Shown: piece after piece, positions 7,626 through 15,711 of the stretch | Layout: every line of letters starts with the position of its first letter | How positions within the stretch are numbered: the first letter of the stretch is position 1 | Assembly (NCBI RefSeq): GCF_000940845.1 | Contig: NZ_CP010341.1 | Coordinates: 120,001-152,000, forward strand | DNA length: 32,000 nt | Direction: 5' to 3' | Source: Propionibacterium freudenreichii subsp. freudenreichii | Lineage (GTDB): Bacteria; Actinomycetota; Actinomycetes; Propionibacteriales; Propionibacteriaceae | Notes under the pieces: generated by a model | Told to the model about the DNA's origin: nothing | Seen by the model: only the letters and a program-made list of their open reading frames with translations | The model's database searches: none | Position numbers and translations under genes: made by a program

Positions 7626-7715
7626 CAATGGGAACCGCGGGAACAATCGGCGCCACGCCGGCGCTGACGGCTGAGTAGGCGGTGCGGCCCGGCGGCCGCC
7701 GGACAAGGAGTCACG

Positions 7716-8288
7716 ATGACTGACAAGGCTTTGCTCGTGGTGGACGTGCAGAACGACTTTGTCGAGGGCGGGGCCCTTGGCTGTGAGGGTGGGAAGGCGG
7801 CTGCGGCCGCCATCACGCAGCTGATCGCCGGGCTCGATCCGGCCACCGAACTGGTCGCGGCCTCGCGCGATGATCACACTCCCGGCAGCGACAATGGCGG
7901 GCACATCAGCGAGCATCCCGATTTCGTGGACAGCTGGCCCCCGCACTGCATCGACGGCACGCCCGGTCAGGCCTACGCGGAGCCCTTTGCCACGGCGCAT
8001 CGCGATATCGAGGTGCAGAAGGGTCAGGGGGTGCCGGCCTATTCGGCGTTCGAGGGGCACACGGCCGATGGTCGCAGCCTTGACCAGGCGCTGAGGGACG
8101 CTGGCGTGACGCAGCTCGACGTGTGCGGCATCGCCACGGACTACTGCGTGCGGGCGTCGGCACTCGATGCGGTGCGCCTTGGTTACCAGGTGCGGTTGCT
8201 GGGCGCCCTGTGCGCCGCAGTGAACCCCGAGTCGGGCGCCAGGGCCGTCGACGAGATGCGGGACGCGGGCGTCACCATCGTTGCGTGA
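7716..8288 (+). CDS. pncA: nicotinamidase / pyrazinamidase (isochorismatase family)
   Basis: The 190-aa ORF has LLVVDVQNDF at the N-terminus and the catalytic Cys context GIATDYCV. AAGGAG lies 5 nt upstream of the ATG. Confidence 0.85.
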   Translation: MTDKALLVVDVQNDFVEGGALGCEGGKAAAAAITQLIAGLDPATELVAASRDDHTPGSDNGGHISEHPDFVDSWPPHCIDGTPGQAYAEPFATAHRDIEVQKGQGVPAYSAFEGHTADGRSLDQALRDAGVTQLDVCGIATDYCVRASALDAVRLGYQVRLLGALCAAVNPESGARAVDEMRDAGVTIVA

Positions 8289-8417
8289 GGTCGGGCGTCG
8301 GCAGCTGGGCCCTGCGCACGCCCGTTCCGCCTCACAGTGGGCAGTTGTGCGGGAATGACGCCGCACAGGTGTCCACCTAACGGCCGAGTCTCGGCTGTCA
8401 GCGGGATAGGTGCGGAT

Positions 8418-8440
8418 AAAGCACCGTGGACGGTGCTTTT
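8418..8440 (+). terminator. rho-independent terminator-like hairpin with T-tail
   Basis: AAAGCACCG (8418-8426), loop TGGA, then CGGTGCTTT (8431-8439) followed by T. It lies about 130 nt downstream of the pncA stop. Confidence 0.5.
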
Positions 8441-8668
8441 GTCGACCCTGTCTTTTCCCGGGGGATGCCGGGACGTCGACATGACCGGGCAGTGCCGGAT
8501 GCAGTCCTGCGAACGTCCGCGCTGGACGCCATCGGGCGGGCCATGCGGACGACGCTGGGGATGAATCCCACTTGATCCGGCACTTCCTGTGGATAACTCA
8601 CGCGCGCGGCCAGTTCCTGCCAGTGTGGGCGGACATTGTTGCCATCATCGTGACGAGGAAGTCCCCCC

Positions 8669-9687
8669 ATGACCCATGTATCCGTGACCCGTCCACGCCG
8701 CATCGGCGCCCTTGCCCTGGCCGCGGCGGCGGCCGTCGCCCTGTCCGCGTGTGGTGCCAGCGGCATGCTGGCGCAATCACCACCGACCGACGCCGACGTC
8801 GCCACCGGCACCGGGCCATCGGCCGGGCGGCCTGCCGCAACGAGGTCGGCCAGCGCCTCGGTGAAGGCCGACCCCGCCCTGGCAGCGCTGGTGCCCCAGG
8901 AGATCCGGGACTCCGGCGAACTGGTGGTGGACAGCAATCCCACCCTGCCGCCCATGTCATTCAAGGCCGATGACGGCACGGTCGCCGGCGTCGATGCTGA
9001 CCTGGCGAAGGCCATCGCGGGTCGGCTCGGGCTGAGGCCCCAGGTGCAGCCGTACTCACTGGACGGATCCAGCTGGCACGTCATTGGCAGGTCGCTGGGC
9101 GATGCCGACATCTCCGTGTCGAATTCGGTGATCACGGCGTCCAGCAGGTGGAATTGGAAGAACGTGCAGTACATGAAGACCGGATTGCGATGGATCGTGC
9201 GCGCAGGCAATCCCACCGGCTTCAATGCCGATCGGCTCTGCGGGCATGCCCTGCAATATGAGGCCAACTATGACGAGGGTGGAAACCGCCCATCCATCGC
9301 GGCCGCGCACGTGGCGCAGCGGGTCAAGGAGTGCGCCAAGTTGGGCCTGCCCGAAGCCCACGCCAATGGAGTCCACAATGTGGATGAGGAGGCCACCGCC
9401 GTGACCGACGGCAGCGTCGAGGCGGCCGTGATGGAATCGCCGGCCGCCGAATATGTGGTGGCACGCAGCAATGGCGCACTCGAGCTGGCCGGCACCAGTG
9501 GGAGGCAACCGTCTATGGAATTCAGCTGAACACCGGGGCCGGCGACTTCGCCGATCTGATCAGTCGCACGCTGGCCTCGCTGGCCGACGACGGCACCTAC
9601 GGGCGCATCCTCGAGAAGTGGGGCCTGTCGGCCTATGCCAGCAGTGAGTTCCCGGTGGATCCCTCGACGCCCGAGGTCGGGGAGTGA
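8669..9687 (+). pseudogene. amino-acid ABC transporter substrate-binding lipoprotein, frameshifted near the 3' end
   Basis: It has a signal/lipobox (AVALSAC) and aligns by eye with the two downstream paralogues (for example NVQYMKTGLRW versus MVQYMKAGLRW). The frame stops at 9529. A different frame from about 9499 reads WEATVYGIQLNTGAGDFADLISRTLASLADDGTYGRILEKWGLS...PEVGE to TGA 9685-9687, matching the paralogue C-termini (DAAPYGIVLAKGDTDMANLVSKALASLKQDGTYQKILDKWGN). Confidence 0.7.
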
Positions 9688-9822
9688 GGCCCCCGGCCTA
9701 CCAGGGCCGGCCGTTGGCCTGCCCCACCGGCCCGACCGCGTGCCCGCCGGTGGGATATCAGGCTGTTATCAGTGCGATCGTGAGAAGCTGTGTGCACACG
9801 AATCTTGTAGGAGTCCCACACC

Positions 9823-10734
9823 ATGTTCATTTCGCGCTTCCGTCGTGCGGCTGCGGTCGGCCTGGCCGCCGTCACCGCATTGTCCGCCACTGCCTGTAGC
9901 GGTTCCTCGTCGTCGTCCAGCTCATCCGCGAGCTCGGCGCTGCCCTCGGTGAGCGCAGACTCCACCCTGGTGAACCAGGTGCCCGAGAAGTTCAAGACCA
10001 AGGGCACCCTGCAGGTGGGCACCAACGCCACCTTCGCGCCGATCGAGTTCATGGCCGAGGACGGCAAGACCATCGTCGGCCTGGACGCCGACCTGTCCAA
10101 GGCCGTGGCGTCCAAGCTCGGACTGCAGGTGCAGATGCAGCAGGCCGAGTTCGGCACCATCATCCTGGGTGTCACCTCCGGCAAGTTCGACATGGGCGCC
10201 AGCGGCTTCACCATCAACTCCGAGCGCATCCAGCAGGTCAACATGGTGCAGTACATGAAGGCCGGACTGCGCTGGGCGGTGCAGAACGGCAACCCCAAGA
10301 AGGTTGACGTCAACGAACTGTGTGGCCGCACCGTCTCGGTGCAGCGCGACACGGTCTCCGCCGACCAGCTGGCCGAGAAGGCCAAGGCCTGCACTGACGC
10401 CGGGAAGGCCGCCATCACCCAGGTGGTCGAGGACGACCAGTCGAAGACCACCACCGACCTCAACAGCGGCAAGTCCGACGCGATGCTGGCCGACTCGCCC
10501 ATCGTCGACTACGCCATCGAGCAGAGCAATGGCTCGCTGGAGGCCCTCGGCGACATGTACGACGCCGCCCCCTACGGCATCGTGCTGGCCAAGGGTGACA
10601 CCGACATGGCCAACCTGGTGAGCAAGGCCCTCGCCTCGCTGAAGCAGGACGGCACCTACCAGAAGATCCTCGACAAGTGGGGCAACAGCGCCGGCGGAGT
10701 CGATGACTTCGCGGTGAACCCGACTGTCAGCTGA
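9823..10734 (+). CDS. amino-acid ABC transporter substrate-binding lipoprotein (SBP family 3)
   Basis: The 303-aa ORF has a signal peptide plus lipobox (LSATAC), a Ser-rich linker and a bacterial extracellular SBP-3 fold (GTNATFAPIEF, GLDADL, GASGFTIN). AGGAG lies 9 nt upstream of the ATG. Confidence 0.9.
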   Translation: MFISRFRRAAAVGLAAVTALSATACSGSSSSSSSSASSALPSVSADSTLVNQVPEKFKTKGTLQVGTNATFAPIEFMAEDGKTIVGLDADLSKAVASKLGLQVQMQQAEFGTIILGVTSGKFDMGASGFTINSERIQQVNMVQYMKAGLRWAVQNGNPKKVDVNELCGRTVSVQRDTVSADQLAEKAKACTDAGKAAITQVVEDDQSKTTTDLNSGKSDAMLADSPIVDYAIEQSNGSLEALGDMYDAAPYGIVLAKGDTDMANLVSKALASLKQDGTYQKILDKWGNSAGGVDDFAVNPTVS

Positions 10735-10748
10735 TCACCCCCACGTCG

Positions 10749-10812
10749 AAGAAGCCCCACCCCTCCCCGTAAGATCTGTGCTTACCGGCCGTGTTGGTGG
10801 GGCTTCTTTTCG
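10749..10812 (+). terminator. terminator candidate between the second and third binding-protein genes
   Basis: A 13-bp perfect stem: AAGAAGCCCCACC (10749-10761) pairs with GGTGGGGCTTCTT (10796-10808), followed by TT. The 34-nt loop has some internal pairing. Confidence 0.45.
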
Positions 10813-10900
10813 TCCATGTAACAAAGTCCCAGTTTGGACGCCAAATCTTCCTTCGTGCCGGCGTGCAAAGCTGAGCGAACCACAGCCAAAAGGAGCCCAG

Positions 10901-11812
10901 ATGTCCCGCTCGTCCCTGCGTATTGCCACTGCCGGCCTGGCGGCAGTCACGCTGCTGTCCACCGCCGCCTGTAGCGGGTCGTCATCATCGACCTCCTCGT
11001 CGTCGACATCCGCCCTGCCGTCGGTGAGCGCCGACGCCAATCTGTCGGGCCAGGTGCCGCAGAAGTACAAGTCCAAGGGCACCCTGGAAGTGGGCATGGA
11101 CGCCAGCTATGCGCCCAATGAATTCGTCGCCGAGGACGGCAAGACGATCGTCGGGCTCGATGCGGACATCGTGAACGCGGTGGCAGCACGCCTCGGACTC
11201 AAGACCGAGCGCGTCAATGCCGACTTCGGCACCATCATCCTGGGGGTCAGCTCGGGCAAGTTCGACCTGGGCGCCAGCTCGTTCACCATCAACACGGTGC
11301 GCGAGGAACAGGTGAACATGGTGCAGTACATGAAGGCCGGTACCGCCTGGGCCGTGCTGAAGGGCAATCCGAAGAAGATCGACGTCGACAACGTCTGTGG
11401 CCAGACCGTGGCCGTGCAGAAGGACACCACCCAGGTGGACGACCTCAACGCGCGCTCGAAGAAGTGCACCGACGTCGGCCAGCCCGCCGTCACCCAGGTG
11501 GTGGAGGTGCAGCAGTCCAAGGTGACTGCCGACCTGGTGAGCGGCAAGGCCGATGCGATGCTGGCCGATTCGCCGGTGATCAACTACGCCATCCAGCAGC
11601 AGGGCGATCAGCTCGAGCGCCTCGGCGACATGTATGACGCCGCGCCCTATGGACTTCTCGTGGCCAAGGCTGACACCGACATGGCCGACCTGGTGAGCCG
11701 GGCGCTCACCTCGCTGAAGGACGACGGCACCTACAAGGCGATTCTGGACAAGTGGGGAAATGCCTCCGGCTCGGTTGATGATTACCCGGTGAACCCCTCA
11801 GTCGGTGGCTGA
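10901..11812 (+). CDS. amino-acid ABC transporter substrate-binding lipoprotein (paralogue of 9823-10734)
   Basis: I chose the start at ATG 10901 (MSRSSLRIATAGLAAVTLLSTAAC), which is preceded by AAAGGAG. It shows high similarity by eye to the upstream paralogue along its whole length. The track ORF begins at 10778. Confidence 0.9.
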   Translation: MSRSSLRIATAGLAAVTLLSTAACSGSSSSTSSSSTSALPSVSADANLSGQVPQKYKSKGTLEVGMDASYAPNEFVAEDGKTIVGLDADIVNAVAARLGLKTERVNADFGTIILGVSSGKFDLGASSFTINTVREEQVNMVQYMKAGTAWAVLKGNPKKIDVDNVCGQTVAVQKDTTQVDDLNARSKKCTDVGQPAVTQVVEVQQSKVTADLVSGKADAMLADSPVINYAIQQQGDQLERLGDMYDAAPYGLLVAKADTDMADLVSRALTSLKDDGTYKAILDKWGNASGSVDDYPVNPSVGG

Positions 11813-11893
11813 AACCAGCCACGAACTGAGACACTGTTGAGCGCGCCGCCCGGCCAGGGCGACTGAGCGGGCGGAAGGACCTGACGACAACCC

Positions 11894-12874
11894 ATGAGTG
11901 AGCAAGTGAGCGCGGGCACAACCGCACAGACAGCCGAGAAGCGGCCCGGCCGTATCGACGCCGTTCCCGTGCGTCACCCCTGGCGCTGGGTCGCCGTGGC
12001 ATTCATTGCCGTGCTCGTCGCCATGGTGGTGCACTCCTTCGTCACCAACCCGCGATGGGACTGGGCCAGCACCTTCGAGTTCCTGTTCCGTCCCCCGATC
12101 ATCGAAGGCCTGATCAAGGGCACCATCTTGGGCACCGTGATCGCGATGATCATCGGCGTCGGGCTCGGCGTGTTGCTGGCCGTGCTGCGGCTCAGCAAGA
12201 ACCCGGTGCTCAAATATGCGTCGGCCGGCTTCACGTGGTTCTTCCGGGCGATCCCGCGCTATGTGTTGCTGACGATCCTCGGCGTGGGGCTGATCTACCT
12301 CTATCCCACCATTGACATCGGCATTCCCTTCGGCCAACAGATCTCGCACTGGCTCGGCCTGGGCTGGGACATGACCTGGTGGCACATCGACATGCGCAAT
12401 GTGTCCAGCGGCATCGGCATCGGTGCGCTCGGGCTGGGCCTGTCCGAGTCGGCCTACATGGCCGAGATCGCGCGCGCCGGCATCGTTTCGGTGGATGACG
12501 GCCAGACCGAGGCCGCCGAGGCCCTGGGCATGAGCCACCGCAAGACCATGCGCCGCATCGTGCTGCCGCAGGCGATGCGCGTGATCGTGCCGCCCACCGG
12601 CAACGAGTTCATTGCCATGATCAAGGACACCTCGCTGCTGGCCGCCATCCCGGTGGGCATGGAGCTGTTCTACCAGGCCACCATCATCGCCAACCGCACC
12701 TACAAGGTGATGTCGGCCTACGTGGCCGCCACCATCTGGTACCTGGTGGTGTGCTCGGTGCTGATGTTCCTGCAGAGCCTGCTCGAGAAGCGCTTCGGAC
12801 GTGGGTTCTCCAACGGCGACGACGAACTCAATCCCAGGGCCCGACGGCTGCTGCAGAAGACGGGAGAGCACTGA
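11894..12874 (+). CDS. amino-acid ABC transporter permease (His/Glu/Gln/Arg/opine family)
   Basis: The 326-aa ORF has multiple TM segments and the EAA loop [23 protein letters not shown]. Confidence 0.9.
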   Translation: MSEQVSAGTTAQTAEKRPGRIDAVPVRHPWRWVAVAFIAVLVAMVVHSFVTNPRWDWASTFEFLFRPPIIEGLIKGTILGTVIAMIIGVGLGVLLAVLRLSKNPVLKYASAGFTWFFRAIPRYVLLTILGVGLIYLYPTIDIGIPFGQQISHWLGLGWDMTWWHIDMRNVSSGIGIGALGLGLSESAYMAEIARAGIVSVDDGQTEAAEALGMSHRKTMRRIVLPQAMRVIVPPTGNEFIAMIKDTSLLAAIPVGMELFYQATIIANRTYKVMSAYVAATIWYLVVCSVLMFLQSLLEKRFGRGFSNGDDELNPRARRLLQKTGEH

Positions 12875-12875
12875 G

Positions 12876-13703
12876 ATGAGCCAGGACAACGCGTCACGCA
12901 GCACCGGATCGTCGTCGTCACGAGGCGAGGTGGCCGCGGTCAACGCGGTGAACGTGCACAAGTTCTTCGGCCGCACCCATGTGCTCAAGGGCATCGACAT
13001 GGAGGTGGCGCCCAGCGAGGTGGTGTGCCTGATCGGGCCCTCCGGCTCGGGCAAGACCACCTTCCTGCGCTGCATCAACCAGCTGGAGGAGATCGACGGG
13101 GGCCGCATCTGGGTCAACGGCGACCTGATGGGCTATTACGAGAAGAACGGGCGCCTGCACGTGCTGGACGACGCGGCGAAGGCTCGCCAGCGGCGTCCGA
13201 TCGGCATGGTGTTCCAGAGGTTCAACCTGTTCCCGCACATGACCGCAGTGCAGAACATCATCGAGGCACCCACCCAGGTGCTCGGCGTCTCCAAGGCCGA
13301 CGCCACGAGTGAGGCGATGAACCTGCTCGACCAGGTGGGCCTGGCCGATCGTGCCGAGAACTATCCCTCGCAGCTGTCGGGTGGCCAGCAACAACGCGTG
13401 GCTATCGCCCGCGCCCTGGCGATGCACCCCAAGCTGATGCTGTTCGACGAGCCGACCTCGGCGCTCGACCCCGAGCTGGTGGGTGATGTGCTCAAGGTGA
13501 TGCGCGACCTGGCCGAGGAGGGCATGACCATGGTGGTGGTCACCCACGAGATGGCCTTCGCCCGTGATGTCGCCGACCGTGTGGTGTTCATGGACGCCGG
13601 CAAGGTGGTGGAAGAGGGCACGCCCGACCAGGTGATCAACCACCCCAGCCAGGAGCGCACCCAGCAGTTCCTCAGCAGGATGGTTGCCGACCCGCACGTG
13701 TGA
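12876..13703 (+). CDS. amino-acid ABC transporter ATP-binding protein
   Basis: It has Walker [10 protein letters not shown], the Q-loop, the signature [15 protein letters not shown], Walker [13 protein letters not shown] and the H-loop VTHEM. The ATG at 12876 lies 2 nt after the permease stop; the track ORF begins at 12801. Confidence 0.92.
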   Translation: MSQDNASRSTGSSSSRGEVAAVNAVNVHKFFGRTHVLKGIDMEVAPSEVVCLIGPSGSGKTTFLRCINQLEEIDGGRIWVNGDLMGYYEKNGRLHVLDDAAKARQRRPIGMVFQRFNLFPHMTAVQNIIEAPTQVLGVSKADATSEAMNLLDQVGLADRAENYPSQLSGGQQQRVAIARALAMHPKLMLFDEPTSALDPELVGDVLKVMRDLAEEGMTMVVVTHEMAFARDVADRVVFMDAGKVVEEGTPDQVINHPSQERTQQFLSRMVADPHV

Positions 13704-13777
13704 GCCACTGCCCCGCAGGATGACCTGCACGCAGGGGTCAAACTGCGCGCCGGGTCAACGCCCATGAAACTCAGACG

Positions 13778-13807
13778 ACCGCCGGTCCCCGTCACGGGGC
13801 CGGCGGT
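13778..13807 (+). terminator. GC-rich hairpin downstream of the ABC operon
   Basis: ACCGCCGG(T)CCCCG, loop TCA, then CGGGGCCGGCGGT. This gives 13 bp with one bulge, about 75 nt after the ATPase stop, with no T-tract. Confidence 0.45.
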
Positions 13808-13974
13808 AGTGCGTTCCCGCCCGGCGCTGCTTCCGGCGCGGTTCCCGACATCCTGTTTCCCGCGGCCGGGGCACGACATTCCCGCGGTCGCACCAGTGCG
13901 GCCGTGGGGTCGGCAGGGGACCGGATCGCCGGCTCCGGGGTCGTTCACCGTGGGCATGACTGCCCGGGAATGTT

Positions 13975-13986
13975 TCGATACATCGA
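13975..13986. promoter_or_regulatory. AT-rich palindrome TCGATACATCGA (site 1 of a pair)
   Basis: The arms are TCGAT/ATCGA. The site overlaps ATCGATGAG at 13982-13990. A near-identical site lies at 14281-14292. Confidence 0.3.
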
Positions 13987-14280
13987 TGAGTTGAGTGGAG
14001 CATGCTCAACGCGACGGTTACCACGAGACGACCGGCCGGGTGGGCCGGATTCGGATATTCGGTGTCCGCATTCCCCGCGTCGGCATGCCCTGCTCCGGCT
14101 TCGTTCGCGGCGTTTCACCTTCGGGCCCACGTGCGTCGTGGGCGCAGGCCCGGCGTCCATGGCTCCCGCCCGACTTCCGGGAGCACCGACCGGCCGTGGG
14201 TCCACACGCGACGTTCGCTGGCGGCGATCCGGAACCCCGGACTTGCGTGAAGTCACTCGTCGAGGTATCTTCGATATATC

Positions 14281-14292
14281 GACGGGCGATCG
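14281..14292. promoter_or_regulatory. perfect palindrome TCGATATATCGA (site 2 of a pair)
   Basis: This is a perfect 12-nt palindrome, followed 6 nt later by ATCGATGAG (14299-14307). It lies about 275 nt upstream of the PadR start. Confidence 0.3.
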
Positions 14293-14565
14293 ATGAGAAG
14301 AACCGGCAACGAGCAGGAAGCCCGCCAGCCCGATCAGGCTCCTCGCGCAGCAACTCCGGGGCGTCAGCCCGGAGCGCAAGACCCGCAGGACGGGTCCCGC
14401 GGGGCAACACGGTGAGACCGGGCCCCGCAAACCCCAACACGTCAACATCACCGGGCCCGATCGGCTGAGAGGCCAGGCCCTGCCTGGATGGGTGCCGATC
14501 CGGGCCCGGATACAGATACCGGGACGCGCGAACAGCCGTCCCACAACACTTAAGGATTCAACACA

Positions 14566-15447
14566 ATGCGTTATTACTTCATGATTCAGGAAGATCCAAG
14601 GTCGGGCGGCCCCGGTCCCCGTGGCCATCACGGCCATGGCGGTTGCGGCGGACGTCGGGACTTCGACGGACCTCGCGGCAGGGACTTCGGCCCCCGCGGC
14701 GGCGACTTTGAGGGTCCCCGCGGTGGCGGCGACCTTGAGGGTCCCCGTGACGGCTTCGGTCGTCGGGGTGGACGCCCGGGCTTCGGCGGACGCGGTGAGG
14801 GAGACCCCCGTGGCCGCGGCGAGGCCGGTGGCTTCGGTGGCGACGGCTTCGGCGGCCCCGAGTTCGGTCCCGGCTTCGGCCCCGGTCCGCGCGGCCCGCG
14901 TGGCGGCATGGGCTTCGGCCCCCGTGGACCCCACCATGGCCATCACGGCCGTGGCAAGGGACGTCGCGGCGACGTGCGCGCCGCCGTGCTGAACCTGCTC
15001 AACGAGCAGTCGATGACCGGCTACCAGCTGATGGGTGCCATCGAGGAGAAGTCGCAGGGCCTGTGGAAGCCCGGCCCCGGCTCCATCTACCCGGCGCTGC
15101 AGTTGCTTGCCGACGAGGGCCTGATCACCCTCACCGGCGCCGATGAGGCGGGCAAGAAGCCCTATGCCATCACCGACGAGGGCAAGAAGTACCTTGCCGA
15201 GCACCCCGAGCAGACGAAGGCTCCCTGGGACCGCGTCACCCGCGACCTCCAGGGTGTGCTGAGCCTGCGTCCCGAGCTCGAGCAGCTCGCCGCGGCCGTG
15301 CGCCAGGCAGCCACTGTGGCCGCCGAGGGTCAGCAGGCCAAGGTCAAGGACGTGCTCACCCGAGCCCGCAAGGAGGTGTACCGCATCCTCGCCTCCGATG
15401 AGGACGATGCCGGCACCAACACCCCCGATGGTGACTCGAACAACTAA
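14566..15447 (+). CDS. PadR family transcriptional regulator with a long Gly/Arg/Phe/Pro-rich N-terminal region
   Basis: The C-terminal half carries a PadR winged helix (RGDVRAAVLNLLNEQSMTGYQLMGAIEEKSQGLWKPGPGSIYPALQLLADEGLI). The first ~135 aa are low complexity (GPRG, FGG and HHGH repeats). AAGGA lies about 10 nt upstream of the ATG. Confidence 0.85.
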   Translation: MRYYFMIQEDPRSGGPGPRGHHGHGGCGGRRDFDGPRGRDFGPRGGDFEGPRGGGDLEGPRDGFGRRGGRPGFGGRGEGDPRGRGEAGGFGGDGFGGPEFGPGFGPGPRGPRGGMGFGPRGPHHGHHGRGKGRRGDVRAAVLNLLNEQSMTGYQLMGAIEEKSQGLWKPGPGSIYPALQLLADEGLITLTGADEAGKKPYAITDEGKKYLAEHPEQTKAPWDRVTRDLQGVLSLRPELEQLAAAVRQAATVAAEGQQAKVKDVLTRARKEVYRILASDEDDAGTNTPDGDSNN

Positions 15448-15462
15448 ATGCCGACGCAGGGT

Positions 15463-15520
15463 CCGTCCGACGTAGGTCGGCGGCAACCCGAAGCCCGTCC
15501 GACGTAGGTCGGCGGCAACC
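15463..15520. repeat. 26-bp perfect direct repeat x2 (period 32), each copy containing a small hairpin
   Basis: CCGTCCGACGTAGGTCGGCGGCAACC occurs at 15463-15488 and 15495-15520. Each copy contains CCGAC-GTAG-GTCGG. Confidence 0.9.
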
Positions 15521-15561
15521 AGGAGCATGCGGCATCTGCTGACCCGACCGGTCAGCACCGT

Positions 15562-15604
15562 GATGGCCCCGGCCCCACCAGCAGTGGTGGGTGCCGGGGC
15601 CATC
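15562..15604. terminator. bidirectional terminator candidate between the convergent PadR and nadE genes
   Basis: GATGGCCCCGGCCCCACCA (15562-15580), loop GCAG, then TGGTGGGTGCCGGGGCCATC (15585-15604). The stem is about 19 bp with one mismatch. Confidence 0.6.
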
Positions 15605-15614
15605 GTCGTCCCCC

Positions 15615-15711
15615 GGTTGTCTCGGGGTTGGTTGCCAAGCGCTGGTTGCCCAGTGTTGGTTGCCAAGTGCCGATTACCCAGTCCCGACTATGAGTGCCGA
15701 TTGTTCAGTGC
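15615..15711. repeat. degenerate ~14-bp tandem array (consensus roughly TGGTTGCCAAGTGC), about 6-7 decaying units
   Basis: The units read TTGGTTGCCAAGCGC / TGGTTGCCCAGTG / TTGGTTGCCAAGTGC / CGATTACCCAGTC / CCGACTATGAGTGC / CGATTGTTCAGTGC. The last unit covers the nadE stop at 15705-15707. Confidence 0.6.

Noticed and set aside
6982-7656. 224-aa minus-strand ORF beginning with ADPPN pentapeptide repeats
   Set aside because: It is tempting as a repeat protein because the repeat codons are all GC-ending. However, it has a GTG start with no SD, and two thirds of it runs antisense through the LacI-family gene. I kept it only as a caveat under the 15-bp repeat finding.
8398-10502. Two 289-aa minus-strand ORFs (8398-9267 and 9633-10502)
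   Set aside because: Both are antisense to the binding-protein genes. Their equal length reflects the paralogy of the sense genes, not a real gene pair.
11798-13117. 439-aa ORF antisense to the ABC permease; also 12918-13730 antisense to the ATPase
   Set aside because: The sense-strand genes carry canonical EAA-loop and Walker motifs. The antisense products are low-complexity artefacts.
13704-14565. A known structured RNA (RNase P, tmRNA, SRP RNA, cobalamin or other riboswitch) in the long gap
   Set aside because: I looked by eye for the signature strings (GGAAAGTCC-type P4, a GGTTCGA-type T-arm with CCA end, SRP GGAA/AGCAGCC domain IV, and the B12 box) and did not find them. A covariance-model scan is still needed.
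13945-15666. 573-aa minus-strand ORF covering the PadR gene and part of the long gap
   Set aside because: It is antisense to a gene with a clear PadR domain. The product is Arg/Pro/Gly/Ala-rich with no recognisable motif. This is the typical open antisense frame of high-GC DNA reinforced by the GGC/CGC-rich repeats.
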